Source of the DNA: Flectonema sp. DT1601
Lineage: Eukaryota
Direction of reading: 5' to 3'
Assembly: GCA_964019425.1 (NCBI GenBank)
Contig: OZ025782.1
Coordinates: 434,001 to 498,000, forward strand
Length of the DNA: 64,000 nucleotides
Part shown: one piece after another, positions 24,693 through 35,372 of the stretch
How positions within the stretch are numbered: position 1 is the stretch's first letter
Layout: every line of letters begins with the position of its first letter
Made by a program: the position numbers and the translations under genes
Notes under the pieces: model-generated
What the model was told of the DNA's origin: nothing
Seen by the model: only the letters and a program-made list of their open reading frames with translations
Databases searched by the model: none

Positions 24693-26654
24693 TCAGGGAT
24701 TAATTTTGAATAGTATATCTATGTAACTCCGAGTCGGAGGACCTCGCACCTTGTAGTCGAACCACTTCCGTTCTATCCGCTCATAGTTGGCGTAGTGGAT
24801 CTTATTGAGCAGATCAGTAAATTGAGTCTTTTCTATACCATTATAGCAGAAAAGCTCAACTGTCCACAGAAAATTGTGTATTTCCTCGATCACCGTGTGA
24901 TTGTAGGCATTATCGATGGCTTGTAAGACTTCGAGCTTATCTCGAGAAGTGAGTTTCGGAAGGTTAGAGAATTTAACAAGATGCCTCAATAACCACTGTC
25001 TCGGCAGGGCCGCACGCAGCGGAAAGCTCTGCAGGTAGCTCTCCAGGTCCTTCAGCATTGCAGCTAGTTTCGGCTGATTCTCTGTGGCAAAGAACGTATG
25101 GTGGTGTTGTCCGTCATTTGTCGGGTCATCGCATTGCGGGATGTCCGGGAAGAATTGCTGCACTATGATCCTCGCGCCATTACATCTCGAGAGAAGGTGA
25201 TGTGCGTCTGTGTCGGTGTGATTACAGAATCGACAGTCAGTAAGACCCAAGGCAGGGAGCTTTACCAGTTCGTGATGACCCGTTCTCACTCGGGCTATAA
25301 TAATCTCGTCACTTCTTAAAAGGTCCTGATGGAACTTCTGTACCCTACCAGACGATGTTGCCAAGTTGTGGACGTGTCGCGTATCTCGGGAGCGAAGCCA
25401 TGCTTTTCTGACTTGGTTCACAATTGAACATTGAGCCATTCGGTAGTCAAAGGGAACCTCCGTGAGCGGTATCTCAGATGACGCAGCTTTGGAAGCCAGG
25501 CTATCAGCTAACTCATTTCCAATAACACCACAATGAGAAGGTACAAACTGCATCGTAAACGGGCGATTCAGGGTGGAAATCTGGCTGAGAATCTCGTGGT
25601 TGGTGCGCGAATGCTGGCAGAGGTACCCCTTGGCCAAGCTACTCAGCGATGACTGGCTGTCGGATATGATGTGTATCCTGCCGTTCGGTAGTTGTGGCGA
25701 ATTATCGCGGACGATATCCAGAGCCGAGATCAAAGCCCTCTGTTCTGCGTTGTAAATCATCAGAGAGGGGTTATAGCGCTGTAGCTTCGTGTAACATTTA
25801 TTTCGGAAAACCAAGACCGCAGCGTTCCCACAGTGGTAACACCCATCTTTGTCCTCAAAGTAAGAAGCATCTGTATAAACACGTGCAATCGCAGGTGGCA
25901 AGGATTCGATTGATGCAAGGGCATAATTCAGGTTGTGCTCTGTGTCTGATGACTTACGAAAGTCCCTTGAAGGCAGAACCGTGACGTTTGGAAGAGGTTT
26001 CCAAGGAGCCTGATGGTGAGGCAGGTAGAATCTGGACTTGACACTGGGCGTCGGGAAGTATTTCGAGAAGTGGGTTGCTGAGGATTCCCAACGTCCTTCC
26101 TCCCCCTCTCCATTGAAAAGACTCCAGGTAGGTGCATTCTCTGCATATCGTTGGTAACGTTCGTAGATGAGAGCCATGGATTTAGCCAGGTGTTGTTTGA
26201 ATGGTAGGATGTCGGATTCTACTGAAACAGCTTGGACCGAAGCTGATGAAGAGCAACCAGTTAGCTTAAGCATGAGCTTCCTGTGTATGATTTCTACGCG
26301 TTTCCATGAGTCTCGGCGGAGATAGGGTGCATATGCTGCAAGGCCGTGGTAAGCTCTCGCTAGTACAAGGCCGTTAACAAGTTGCCTTAGCACTTCAGTT
26401 TTAATTTCGAAAGATGAGATCATCTTCAAGAGACCAATTCCCCGTTTCATAGTGCTAGTCACCTTATTCAGCTGGGGTTCGAATGTCAGTCTATCGTCAA
26501 TCAGCACACCCAGGTAGCGAGCATGTTCAACACGGCGAATAGGTATTGCTGTAAAAATGTCAAGCTTCTTCTTGCCAACCCTGCTGCGAAAATCGGTTCG
26601 AGTTGATACGTCTCTCCCATTCACCGTCAAGGGAAAGACGGGACCACTTTCCAT
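24693..26654 (-). CDS. Truncated LINE polyprotein: RT C-terminus/thumb, RNase H, CCHC
   Basis: RYLGVLIDDRLTF, YTDAS, SDSQS, GNELAD, RTGH, CRFC..H..C. Confidence 0.88.
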   Translation of the reverse strand: MESGPVFPLTVNGRDVSTRTDFRSRVGKKKLDIFTAIPIRRVEHARYLGVLIDDRLTFEPQLNKVTSTMKRGIGLLKMISSFEIKTEVLRQLVNGLVLARAYHGLAAYAPYLRRDSWKRVEIIHRKLMLKLTGCSSSASVQAVSVESDILPFKQHLAKSMALIYERYQRYAENAPTWSLFNGEGEEGRWESSATHFSKYFPTPSVKSRFYLPHHQAPWKPLPNVTVLPSRDFRKSSDTEHNLNYALASIESLPPAIARVYTDASYFEDKDGCYHCGNAAVLVFRNKCYTKLQRYNPSLMIYNAEQRALISALDIVRDNSPQLPNGRIHIISDSQSSLSSLAKGYLCQHSRTNHEILSQISTLNRPFTMQFVPSHCGVIGNELADSLASKAASSEIPLTEVPFDYRMAQCSIVNQVRKAWLRSRDTRHVHNLATSSGRVQKFHQDLLRSDEIIIARVRTGHHELVKLPALGLTDCRFCNHTDTDAHHLLSRCNGARIIVQQFFPDIPQCDDPTNDGQHHHTFFATENQPKLAAMLKDLESYLQSFPLRAALPRQWLLRHLVKFSNLPKLTSRDKLEVLQAIDNAYNHTVIEEIHNFLWTVELFCYNGIEKTQFTDLLNKIHYANYERIERKWFDYKVRGPPTRSYIDILFKINP

Positions 26655-27477
26655 GAGTTGAGTTTACCAGGTGAGATTTGGACTGTTAGCTTTTGGCTAA
26701 AGCCCTCCCTGAAGAGCAAGAACAAAAAAACTACTCACACCTGAAGAAAACATACACAAAGAACACACTGTAAGCTGTGTGTGTATTTTGTGTTTGTCAC
26801 ACAACAGGAGAGAAAAGAAAGAATGTCAAGGTTGGTCACCTTGTCTATCAACGCACAACATTGGTGGTCTCTACTAGACCCTGAGTGATCCCACTGGATC
26901 TCTCATCGTTCATAGTACCCTGTGTGAAGTTATAAAATCAAAGGTAAACTATGAACTACAAATGACTTAGCCTGTTATTATAATGCCACAGGCAGGCCCT
27001 GCATTCAGCAACTATCCAGCAGTGCTTGGATGTCCTGATCTTCTTCTAAAAAAAAAGAAAGAAAAACAAAACTGTAGCTGGGATCACTCAGGATCAACAG
27101 ACTACCAATGCTACCTGTTGTACTTGCTCACTGAGTTGAATTACCAGGTGAGATTTGGACAGTTAGCTTTTGGCTAAGGCCCTCCCTGAAGAGCAAGAAC
27201 AAAAAAACTACTCTCACCTGAAGAAAACATACACAAAGAACACACTGTGGGGGGTGATGCCAAACACCCAGAAGTACTAAACTGCTTTCCTTCTTGCTGC
27301 CCAGGAGTTTCTGACCAGAACTAATAGAAAATAAAAAGTAGATGGGAAACAATAAAAAGTAAAATGGATATAACTGAAGTTAAACAAGACAAATGAAGTA
27401 ACAGACCAGAACAGAAAGAGAATTGTAATAGAAGATTACAAATAAAAAAATGCAAGTATCAACACATGATCAAGATT
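26655..27477 (-). repeat. Two adjacent partial R1 copies (constant ends at 26655 and 27133)
   Basis: gagttgag/aa...ccaggtgagatttggac...agcttttggctaa. Confidence 0.85.
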
Positions 27478-28077
27478 GAGGCGATCGGCAGGGTGGAGGT
27501 GTTCACGATTTTTCACTTTGCTACACGAAAATTCACGATTTTTCACGATTTTTCACTTAATTTTTTGCTGCTTTTTGGTAGTGAAATCCTGTGAAAATGT
27601 GTGAAAATGTGTGAAAATGTGTGAATTCTAGTGAAAAAAGTGAGTGATATCCAGATGGTACCTGTTGGTGCTGGTGTGCTGTGCGATGTCAAACCTGTTC
27701 AGTTTGCCATACGTCATGTCACTTTGACAACTAAATGGGCATCGCTTGTGCCCAGTGACCCATCACCCTTCCTGACCATCGCTTGTGGTGAGGTTCCGGA
27801 CTTTGGACCGGCGCATCGCGTGTGCGGTGGATTTAATCACTGAGGGGCTCATTCTCGTTCACACTGTTCTGTTCTGTGGTGTCTTTCCATTACTCCTCCC
27901 ATCTCTGCCAGGAGACAGCCTGACAACCCATATTGATATTGCTTGAGAGACAATGAGAGGTAATTCATTGGGGTAGAAACAAGTGAGTGTAATCATTGGG
28001 TTCCAAGCTGATGATAATTTTTTTGGTTAAATAAATAAAAAATCCAAAGAGCAACTGTTGTCATTGCTCAACCTTGG

Positions 28078-28465
28078 TAATTTGCTTTCCATGTCTGTAC
28101 AGCACCTGAATAAAGAATATAAAGTAATACGCACAACTGGCAGAACAGATACTAAGGACATTCATGTGATCCTATCCTAATCTTAGATAGGTTCACCGCG
28201 CTGGGGTAGTGCCAGGTCCTGACGGGACACCGGCACCAACAATTTTGAATTGAAGAGTGGAAGTGGGTGAGTGGCTGTGAACTGCAGAAGAAGTTCGATA
28301 ATAACGATAAAACTAATAACAGTACCACTCACGCCGAATATATAATATGCACGAGGTAAGAGAAGTGGAATAAAATACACACAAAGTAATTTCGGTAGTT
28401 TATGTTTTCTTTATCATCGGCGCTGCTTTAGGACATGGTAGCAAATTACCTAAATGGAATTTCAA
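28078..28465 (-). mobile_element. Coding-less A+B terminal-repeat derivative of YR element 1
   Basis: 28078-28240 matches B1 including the ccaac extension. 28243-28465 matches A2. Confidence 0.75.
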
Positions 28466-29214
28466 GATTCTTGCGTGCCGGTTCTGCAGCCTTCTTTTTC
28501 TTCGCCTCTGCAGCCTTCTTCCTGGCTGCATCCCTTGCTTCCTCCTTCGCCTTCTTGGCAGCCGCCTTCTCCTTTCTTGCCTCCTCTTTTCGCTGAGCAG
28601 TTTTTTCTTGTGCAACTTTCCTGGCAGCAGCATTTTCTGCTGCTTTCGCTTGGGTCAGTGTGGCGGACTGCTGGGGCACCGGGAGGGAGAGGGGGTCACG
28701 CAACTTTAGCTTTGTGGTAATTGTCCTTCCATGCTTTGCACCTGTCGAAATAATAAAACTTAAAAACTACACACGCACCAATAACAAGCGATTACACTAG
28801 AACGCGCGATTGCAAGAACACCCTGGTTCAAGGTGGCTCGCTGCGGCGGGGTAACTGAAGTCCGTTTTCGTTGGACTCAGCTCCACCACGGGGTGGAGGG
28901 GTGAGGAGGGTGGGCTTCGAAAACGTGAGTGTGAGAGAAAGAAGTGATCGAGCTGTATAAAGAATTTCTTTTTGAAAAAATAGAAGGCTAAAGAATATAT
29001 AAAAATGTCTGCTGTTTCGTTCATTTTTCCAACTTCGGAATCATACACTTTTCTGTCTGATTCCTTTGATTATTTCTTTCCGGTGCTAAGCTTGGTGGAA
29101 AATTACCTGAATGAATTCTAGGGAGCTCCAGCGCAAAGCATTCAACAACAGAGAAAATGAATGCCCCGCGCTGGGACTTGGTTGGGGGGTTAGGTAGGGA
29201 TGGTGCGTCCACCG

Positions 29215-30044
29215 GAATTTCGATAAAGTGGGAAGTAACGGACTGGGAGCTTTTGGCTCCTGCCCTATTCCCGATGTAAACTTTCTTTTTTTTTTTTTTT
29301 TTTTTAATAGGCCCAAAGGGCGACAATGATGGTTGCTGACCAAGGAATAATATTCAAATGAATTTTCGTTTCAAAGAAACGAACAGAATTAAGAGAGAGG
29401 CAGAGGAAAAAAAAAAAAAAAGAAAGAAAAGAAAAAAAAAAAAATATGAAGAGGAAATAATCAAACATGAAAAAATAAAAAAATAAAATATAAAATATAA
29501 ATAAAAAAACGTTGTATGAAAAAGGTCTCTTAGCTTTAGGTATTTTCCGTCCTGATCGAGACGCTAAACTGATTGTTTCCTTTTTTTTAAATAATAAATA
29601 AAAAAAAAAAAAAATTAAAAAAAAAAAAAAAAGAGCATCTCCCTGCTATCCCTCATATCCCCACAATAATATTATACCTTTTCATTTTCTCTTTCCTTTT
29701 CTGGTCTTTTTTTTTTTTTTTTTTTTTTTTTGTTTCCTTTTCATACAACGTTTTTTTTATTTATATATATTTTTTTTTTTTTTCCATGTTTGATTATTTC
29801 CTCTTCATATTTTTTTTCTTTTTTCTTTTCTTTCTTTTTTTTCTTTTTTTTTCTCTACCTCTCTCTTAATTCTGTTCGTTTCTTTGAAACGAAAATTCAT
29901 TTGAATATTATTCCTTGGTCAGCAACCATCATTGTCGCCCTTTGGGCCTGTTAAAAAAAATAAAAAATAAAAAGAAAGTTTACATCAGGAATAGGGCAGG
30001 AGCCAAAAGCTCCCAGTCCGTTACTTCCCACTTTATCGAAATTC
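29215..30044. repeat. Two R3 copies in inverted orientation (29215-29525 minus; 29541-30044 plus)
   Basis: Reverse-complement arms of ~310 bp, each ending in tatcgaaattc. Confidence 0.85.
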
Positions 30045-30336
30045 AGCTTTTTGTGGAGCTATCCACTCTGCGGTCTTTTTAGGCCCCTCTATCTCCTTTG
30101 CTTTATAAGACCCAATGTTTCTTCTCATCCAATTGCTTTTCTCAAGTTGCCTCTTCGGCATTCATTTGCCAACCACATTATTTATCAAAATATATATTAT
30201 AAACAAGTAGTTACTCCGATTTTTCTGTTTTAGAGCGTAGCTCGTTTTCCTTTAAACAGTATTTACCAAAAAAAAACTCTAGGGTTAGCTGCCCGAAATT
30301 AAAAAAAAAGGAATAGTTTAAAAAAAAAGATCTTAG

Positions 30337-33300
30337 CTCATCGATATTGTTTCTGAGCCATTCTCTTTTCTATTTTTTTTTTTTTTTATTATTGCTACTT
30401 CACAACAAAAAAAAAAAGAAACACCTGGCCGGCGGTGTCATAAAGATACTGGCAACCATCTCTCAGCCAACCCAGCCCCCGAGGCTTTACAAGAGGCTAT
30501 TTCAAGATCGGCTCTGGATGGGGATAAAACTTTAGTAGCCAAATGTCCTTTATGTTTTGAGACATACCTCAAAGGTCCAGTTGCGCATTTTAGACGTAAC
30601 TGTAAGTTTAGTAAGGAATTTAAGGACTATAAGTCACGTTTTCCCCCATCTACCCACTCCCAAGTTAAAGATTGTTACCACTTACCTTGTCCAGAATGTG
30701 GTAAGCTTTTCAAAAGTATCGCTACGAGAGCGAAACACTGTGTTAACGGTACATGTAAAGGTACACCTCTGTCTCCCCTCACAGGGAATAATTCAGACCT
30801 GGAACCTCCCTTTGTAGGAGAATCTGTAGATTTTAAAACTTCACAAACAGCTTTCGTTCCTTATAACTCTACAACACCCACTTTTACCCCGTTACACCCG
30901 TCTCGTCTCAAATTCCGATCTTTTGGAACTGAATGGAAGGACATCGACGTTTCTGCTGCAGAAAAACTTCAAACTTTCACCGTCGAAACAGAAAACTCTT
31001 CAAAACCTGCCGACCAACTTGATAAACTACTCAAAACGGTTTATCAAATATGTAGCGGTTTCTTTGAAGAAACAAAGCGGAATTTACCCCGCAAACAGAA
31101 ATCAAGGGAAGAGGTCATCCTCGACCAAGAAAAACTTGAATGTCGTCTGGAAATGAAACAGCTAAGACAGGAGCTCCGCAAATCTGGGCCTTCTATAGAG
31201 AACGCTGTCAAATGGAAAGAGGCAAGAACGAGAATGAAAAGGATTTTCCGAATGTATCGGAATTTAGAAAAGAAAAATTTATTCAAAAAATTACAAGATA
31301 AATTTCGTCAAAATCCGTTTACTGCCATAAAAGAAGAACTCCAAAAAGAAGATCCTCAACCCCCCTCCCTTGATATTCCAGAGGAAAAAATAATTGAACA
31401 TTTTAAAAACAATTATTGTGACAATGAAAAAAAAAAAACTGATTTCACCCATCCCTCTTTTTTACCTAAGTCTGACTACAAGACGATGGATGATATCCAA
31501 TTCCCGAGCTTCGAACAGTTTGGTATTCTCTTATCAAAGAAAAAAAACAAATGTGCCCCTGGTCCCAATTGCATACCTTATGTTGTATGGAAAAAGGTCC
31601 CAACTTTTATGGAAGCACTTTACAAGGTATTAAAGAGAATTTTCGAACTCAAGGCCTACCCGGATAGTTGGGGCTTAGCATTTGTAACAATGCTCCCAAA
31701 GCCCAACTCCGATGGGAAAGACATCTCGAAAACGAGACCGATAGCTGTGGGCAACTGCGACGGGAAAATTTTTAATACGGTTATTCAGGAAGCCGTCGCA
31801 AACCACACTCTTTCTAAATTTAATTTTCAAAAAGGCTTTAGGAAAGGTGTCTCTGGGTGTATCGAACATGCCACGATCACCTCAGAGATTTTTAAAGAAG
31901 TGAAAGCTCTCCGGAAAAACCTAACAATTGTCTGGGTGGATTTGGCAGATGCTTTCGGATCAGTCAAACATCAATTAATTTTCTTTGCTTTAAAATATTT
32001 CGGAATTCACGAAAGAATAATCGGTTTCTATAAAAGGTATTATTCCTCCATGCGCGTCCAAATCAGAGTTGGAGAAGGCCTGACGCCCACTATCCCTTTT
32101 GAAGTTGGTGTCTTTCAAGGCTGCGTTTCCTCCCCAACCCTTTTTAATTTGGTATTCCAACTACTGCTCTTTTCCTTAGCAGTTCATCAACAGGAAGCCT
32201 ACGAGTTTAACAATAAATCCCTCCAACTATTAGTTGCAGCTTTTGCTGATGATTTACAACTTACCACGTCATCAAAGGCGGGGGCAAAATTGCTAATCAA
32301 GTCGCTCGAACAGTTTCTTTCCTGGTCTCGTGGTATGAAAGCGAAACCCCAGAAATGCATTGCCCACAGCTTTGTACAAGGGAAACCAGCTAACCCGGAC
32401 CTGAAGATTAACAATGTTCCGATTACGAATCTCCAGGAAGCTGGAGAGTTCAAATACCTCGGGCGTTGGTTTGAGCCGAACGCCAAAGAACAGAAATTGC
32501 GAGAGCGCCTGACCACTTTTACCAGGAATTTTTTAAAAAAAGTCGACGCCATGCCACTATATGGGTCTCAGAAGGCTTGGTCTGTCCAACACTTGTTATT
32601 GTCAAGGTTAACATGGAGTTTAATGATCCATGACTTATCTCTCCCTTTTGCCAAAAAAATGGACAAAATTATTAAACCTTTTTTGAAGAAATGGTGGGGA
32701 TTTGTCCGCTCTGCGAACACAGTCATCCTTTTTACCGGTTCAAAGAACACTGTTGGTCTCAGACACAAAAGAGTTGAGACGCTATATAAACAAGCACAAT
32801 CAATTAAACTAGACATCCTCAGATCCTCACAGGACTCTGACATGCACGGTGTCTACAATGTTATTATGGAGAAATCGTCCAATTGGTCGAAAAAGTTTTC
32901 AGCTTCTGCTGAGTGGGAGCGCCTTATTAAGTTTTTTTCTTACCGTTCTCTCGCGAAGCAATCAGCTGGTCTTGGTCACCGATTGCGCGATCTACGTACT
33001 ACTCGCCCCGATCTCCTTAAGCGTTTTGAAGTGGAAGCCACAGATGAACTACTGAACTCTTTGAATAAATTACAAGTCCAAGGTCAGTGGAAGGAGTGGT
33101 CTAAATGTATGATAAACGACTTCACCTGGAATAAGGTACTTAGGGAGGGAAATCCTGCCTATATCTCATTTCAACTGAAAGCGGTTACAAACACCCTCCC
33201 CTCACAAGATAATTTAAAGAGGTGGAACATCACCAATGTGGACCAAAATTGTGTTTTGTGTGGCAAAGTGAATCCTACCCTCAGGCATGTCTTAACAGGC

Positions 33301-33921
33301 TGTCCTGTCTCTTTAACACAAGGGAGGTTCACGTGGCGTCACGACAGCGTTCTAAAACGCATTGTTATCTTCTTGGAAGAGTTGATAATAAAAGCCAACA
33401 AAAGAAAAGAAAACCTCCCGCCTCCCTCTCAAACTTTTTTAAAAACAGGGGAAAATAAACCCCTAGAAAGAATTTCTAAAGAGACAGGCGAACTTTCACT
33501 AGCGAATGATTGGGTCATCCTCGACGATGTCGGTGATAACCGCCTAATTGTTCCTCTTGAAGTGTGCCATGTCTCGTCCTCTCTAAGACCAGACATTTTT
33601 ATTTATTCTTTTTTTGCGAAAAGAGCACTGATTCTGGAGCTGACGTGTCCAAATGAAGATCGTTTCGAAACCTCTCATGTCTTAAAGGAAAAGAAATACC
33701 TAAAGCTAAGAGACTCGATCATCGCTAATGGCTTCGACTGTAACATTTTTACTATTGAAGTTGGCGTACGAGGAAACATCTGCATGGACCAGCTGAACAT
33801 CTGGACACGTCACATCGGTTCACCTTTAGCACCAACAAAAGCTTTATTTTGTGAATGCACCAGAATCGCCAGACAGTGTCCTTGGTCAGCAACCATCATT
33901 GTCGCCCTTTGGGCCTGTTAA
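30337..33921 (+). CDS. RLE-type non-LTR retrotransposon polyprotein (HERO/NeSL/R2-like): two N-terminal zinc fingers, RT, CCHC, restriction-like endonuclease
   Basis: APGPNCIPY, TRPIAV, QKGF, WVDLADAFGSV, GVFQGCVSSPTLF, FADDL, FKYLG, CVLC..RHVLTGC, WRHDSV, RPDI, LELTCP, KEKKY, IEVGVRG. My translation shows the frame open from 30337, although the first ATG is at 31153. Confidence 0.9.
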   Translation, partial: LIDIVSEPFSFLFFFFFIIATSQQKKKETPGRRCHKDTGNHLSANPAPEALQEAISRSALDGDKTLVAKCPLCFETYLKGPVAHFRRNCKFSKEFKDYKSRFPPSTHSQVKDCYHLPCPECGKLFKSIATRAKHCVNGTCKGTPLSPLTGNNSDLEPPFVGESVDFKTSQTAFVPYNSTTPTFTPLHPSRLKFRSFGTEWKDIDVSAAEKLQTFTVETENSSKPADQLDKLLKTVYQICSGFFEETKRNLPRKQKSREEVILDQEKLECRLEMKQLRQELRKSGPSIENAVKWKEARTRMKRIFRMYRNLEKKNLFKKLQDKFRQNPFTAIKEELQKEDPQPPSLDIPEEKIIEHFKNNYCDNEKKKTDFTHPSFLPKSDYKTMDDIQFPSFEQFGILLSKKKNKCAPGPNCIPYVVWKKVPTFMEALYKVLKRIFELKAYPDSWGLAFVTMLPKPNSDGKDISKTRPIAVGNCDGKIFNTVIQEAVANHTLSKFNFQKGFRKGVSGCIEHATITSEIFKEVKALRKNLTIVWVDLADAFGSVKHQLIFFALKYFGIHERIIGFYKRYYSSMRVQIRVGEGLTPTIPFEVGVFQGCVSSPTLFNLVFQLLLFSLAVHQQEAYEFNNKSLQLLVAAFADDLQLTTSSKAGAKLLIKSLEQFLSWSRGMKAKPQKCIAHSFVQGKPANPDLKINNVPITNLQEAGEFKYLGRWFEPNAKEQKLRERLTTFTRNFLKKVDAMPLYGSQKAWSVQHLLLSRLTWSLMIHDLSLPFAKKMDKIIKPFLKKWWGFVRSANTVILFTGSKNTVGLRHKRVETLYKQAQSIKLDILRSSQDSDMHGVYNVIMEKSSNWSKKFSASAEWERLIKFFSYRSLAKQSAGLGHRLRDLRTTRPDLLKRFEVEATDELLNSLNKLQVQGQWKEWSKCMINDFTWNKVLREGNPAYISFQLKAVTNTLPSQDNLKRWNITNVDQNCVLCGKVNPTLRHVLTGCPVSLTQGRFTWRHDSVLKRIVIFLEELIIKANKRKENLPPPSQTFLKTGENKPLERISKETGELSLANDWVILDDVGDNRLIVPLEVCHVSSSLRPDIFIYSFFAKRALILELTCPNEDRFETSHVLKEKKYLKLRDSIIANGFDCNIFTIEVGVRGNICMDQLNIWTRHIGSPLAPTKALFCECTRIARQCPWSATIIVALWAC

Positions 33922-34017
33922 AAAAAAATAAAAATAAAAAGAAAGTTTACATCGGGAATAGGGCAGGAGCCAAAAGCTCCCAGTCCGTTACTTCCCACTT
34001 TATCGAAATTCAACCAT

Positions 34018-35372
34018 ATGTTCTGTTCCAGACGAGGAACCTCCCCACGTGGCATTCAAGACCACTAATGCGCAGCATTAAAGAAGAACCTGCCACCGCA
34101 AATTTTATAAAAGATGGTAAAGAAATCTTCCCAGTGGAAGAAGTCAAAATCCACAAAGTAACAAAACTGAAAACGATCGAAAAGCTCACCATTGAAAGAT
34201 CGTGGCTTGAGAAATGTTTTATCTGGCAAACTTGTTACGCATCGGCTCTTTCTATTCTACTTATTGCCAATGGTTCTTCTTCCTCCCCGGCCCCTTCTGT
34301 TTTGTTAGATGAGGATGAGCTCACTGGACTCTCCTTGTCATTCTCTTCTATTTCTTCCATCTCTTTCCAGACTCCCCCACCTGAACTCATGTCAACGGGA
34401 TCGCAAACACTTCTTACTGATTTTGCTATGGTGATAAGAACTCAATCTGACATGGGTTCTCAAACCCCCTTGTACAAAAAAAAAGAAGGAAAATTAAGGC
34501 TGAAACTTTCCTTGAAATGCCAGATTTTAGAAAACGAATTAGAGCAAATGAAAGAACGAATTTTTTATGTTCTATTTTTATTTTACTTTAATGCGATGTC
34601 AGCCTCCCTCGAGAAAGACAAGCAGTTACTAAATGGATTACCTGTTGAGATCAAAGCTACCAACCAGGATCCATCCTCACTTCCTCCTGCGCCCCCTGTT
34701 TTAATTATTGAAAAAGATAGAAAAGAATATGAACTTCTGGAAGGAGTAATTCAACGGTTAACAGCAGAACGCGATGAATCGAAGACTTCTCTTTCTGCAC
34801 TAGTTCGACAATATGACTTAGTGGAAGATTACAGGAAACGTGAGCTCGCAAATCTGACTCAGAGAGCAGACCTATCGGGAATGGCGCTCTTTAATTACCA
34901 TCAAAGGTTTGTTCTTCTGTCGAACGAATTGGAGACCAAATGTAATGAGGAAAGAGAAAGTAAAATAAGACTTTTCTATACTCAACAGGAGGTCGAGAGT
35001 TTGCGTGCCGCGCGTCCCCGCATGACCCACTTTAGTCAACAAGTTTCCCCCCGAACCCCCGTTTTGTATGAATCTGTTGCTATGATGAAGATAGCAAAGA
35101 ATTACCTCTCGCTCTTTACAACTACGAGTAGTCTTTTTACTCCTCTTATTAAACCCCTTATCCCTACCCTTAATTATATCACCCCTCTTTGTCCTCTAGC
35201 CTCAATTCCTCCGACAATGCCGCAGAGTGAAGCTCTCGACCGCACGCCGACCAAGATTTTACGACAAGAGAGTCACGTTATCTCCGTTAAAGAGAATACA
35301 CCTATTGCGAGACAATGGTCCGAGGGTAGGATTGACTTACTCGAGTGGATAAGAGATTTGGGAGAGGAATAG
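34018..35372 (+). CDS. Possible coiled-coil ORF of unknown origin
   Basis: Long open frame (ORF call 33855..35372 starts inside R3) with a heptad-like middle. No family recognised. Confidence 0.3.

Larger units (their letters stand above)
23110..26654 (-). mobile_element. 5'-truncated ingi/I-like LINE copy 2, with a TIR element inserted in its 3' UTR
   Basis: Near-identical to copy 1 apart from the 23432-24612 insertion. (CTAA)n tail at 23110-23123. Confidence 0.9.

Noticed and set aside
27500..27640. TTCAC/GTGAAAAT inverted microrepeats as a MITE
   Set aside because: No matching terminus or TSD was located.
30427..30486. HDV-like ribozyme (starts GGCCGGC) at the RLE 5' end
   Set aside because: No complementary P1 strand or nested pseudoknot was found by eye.
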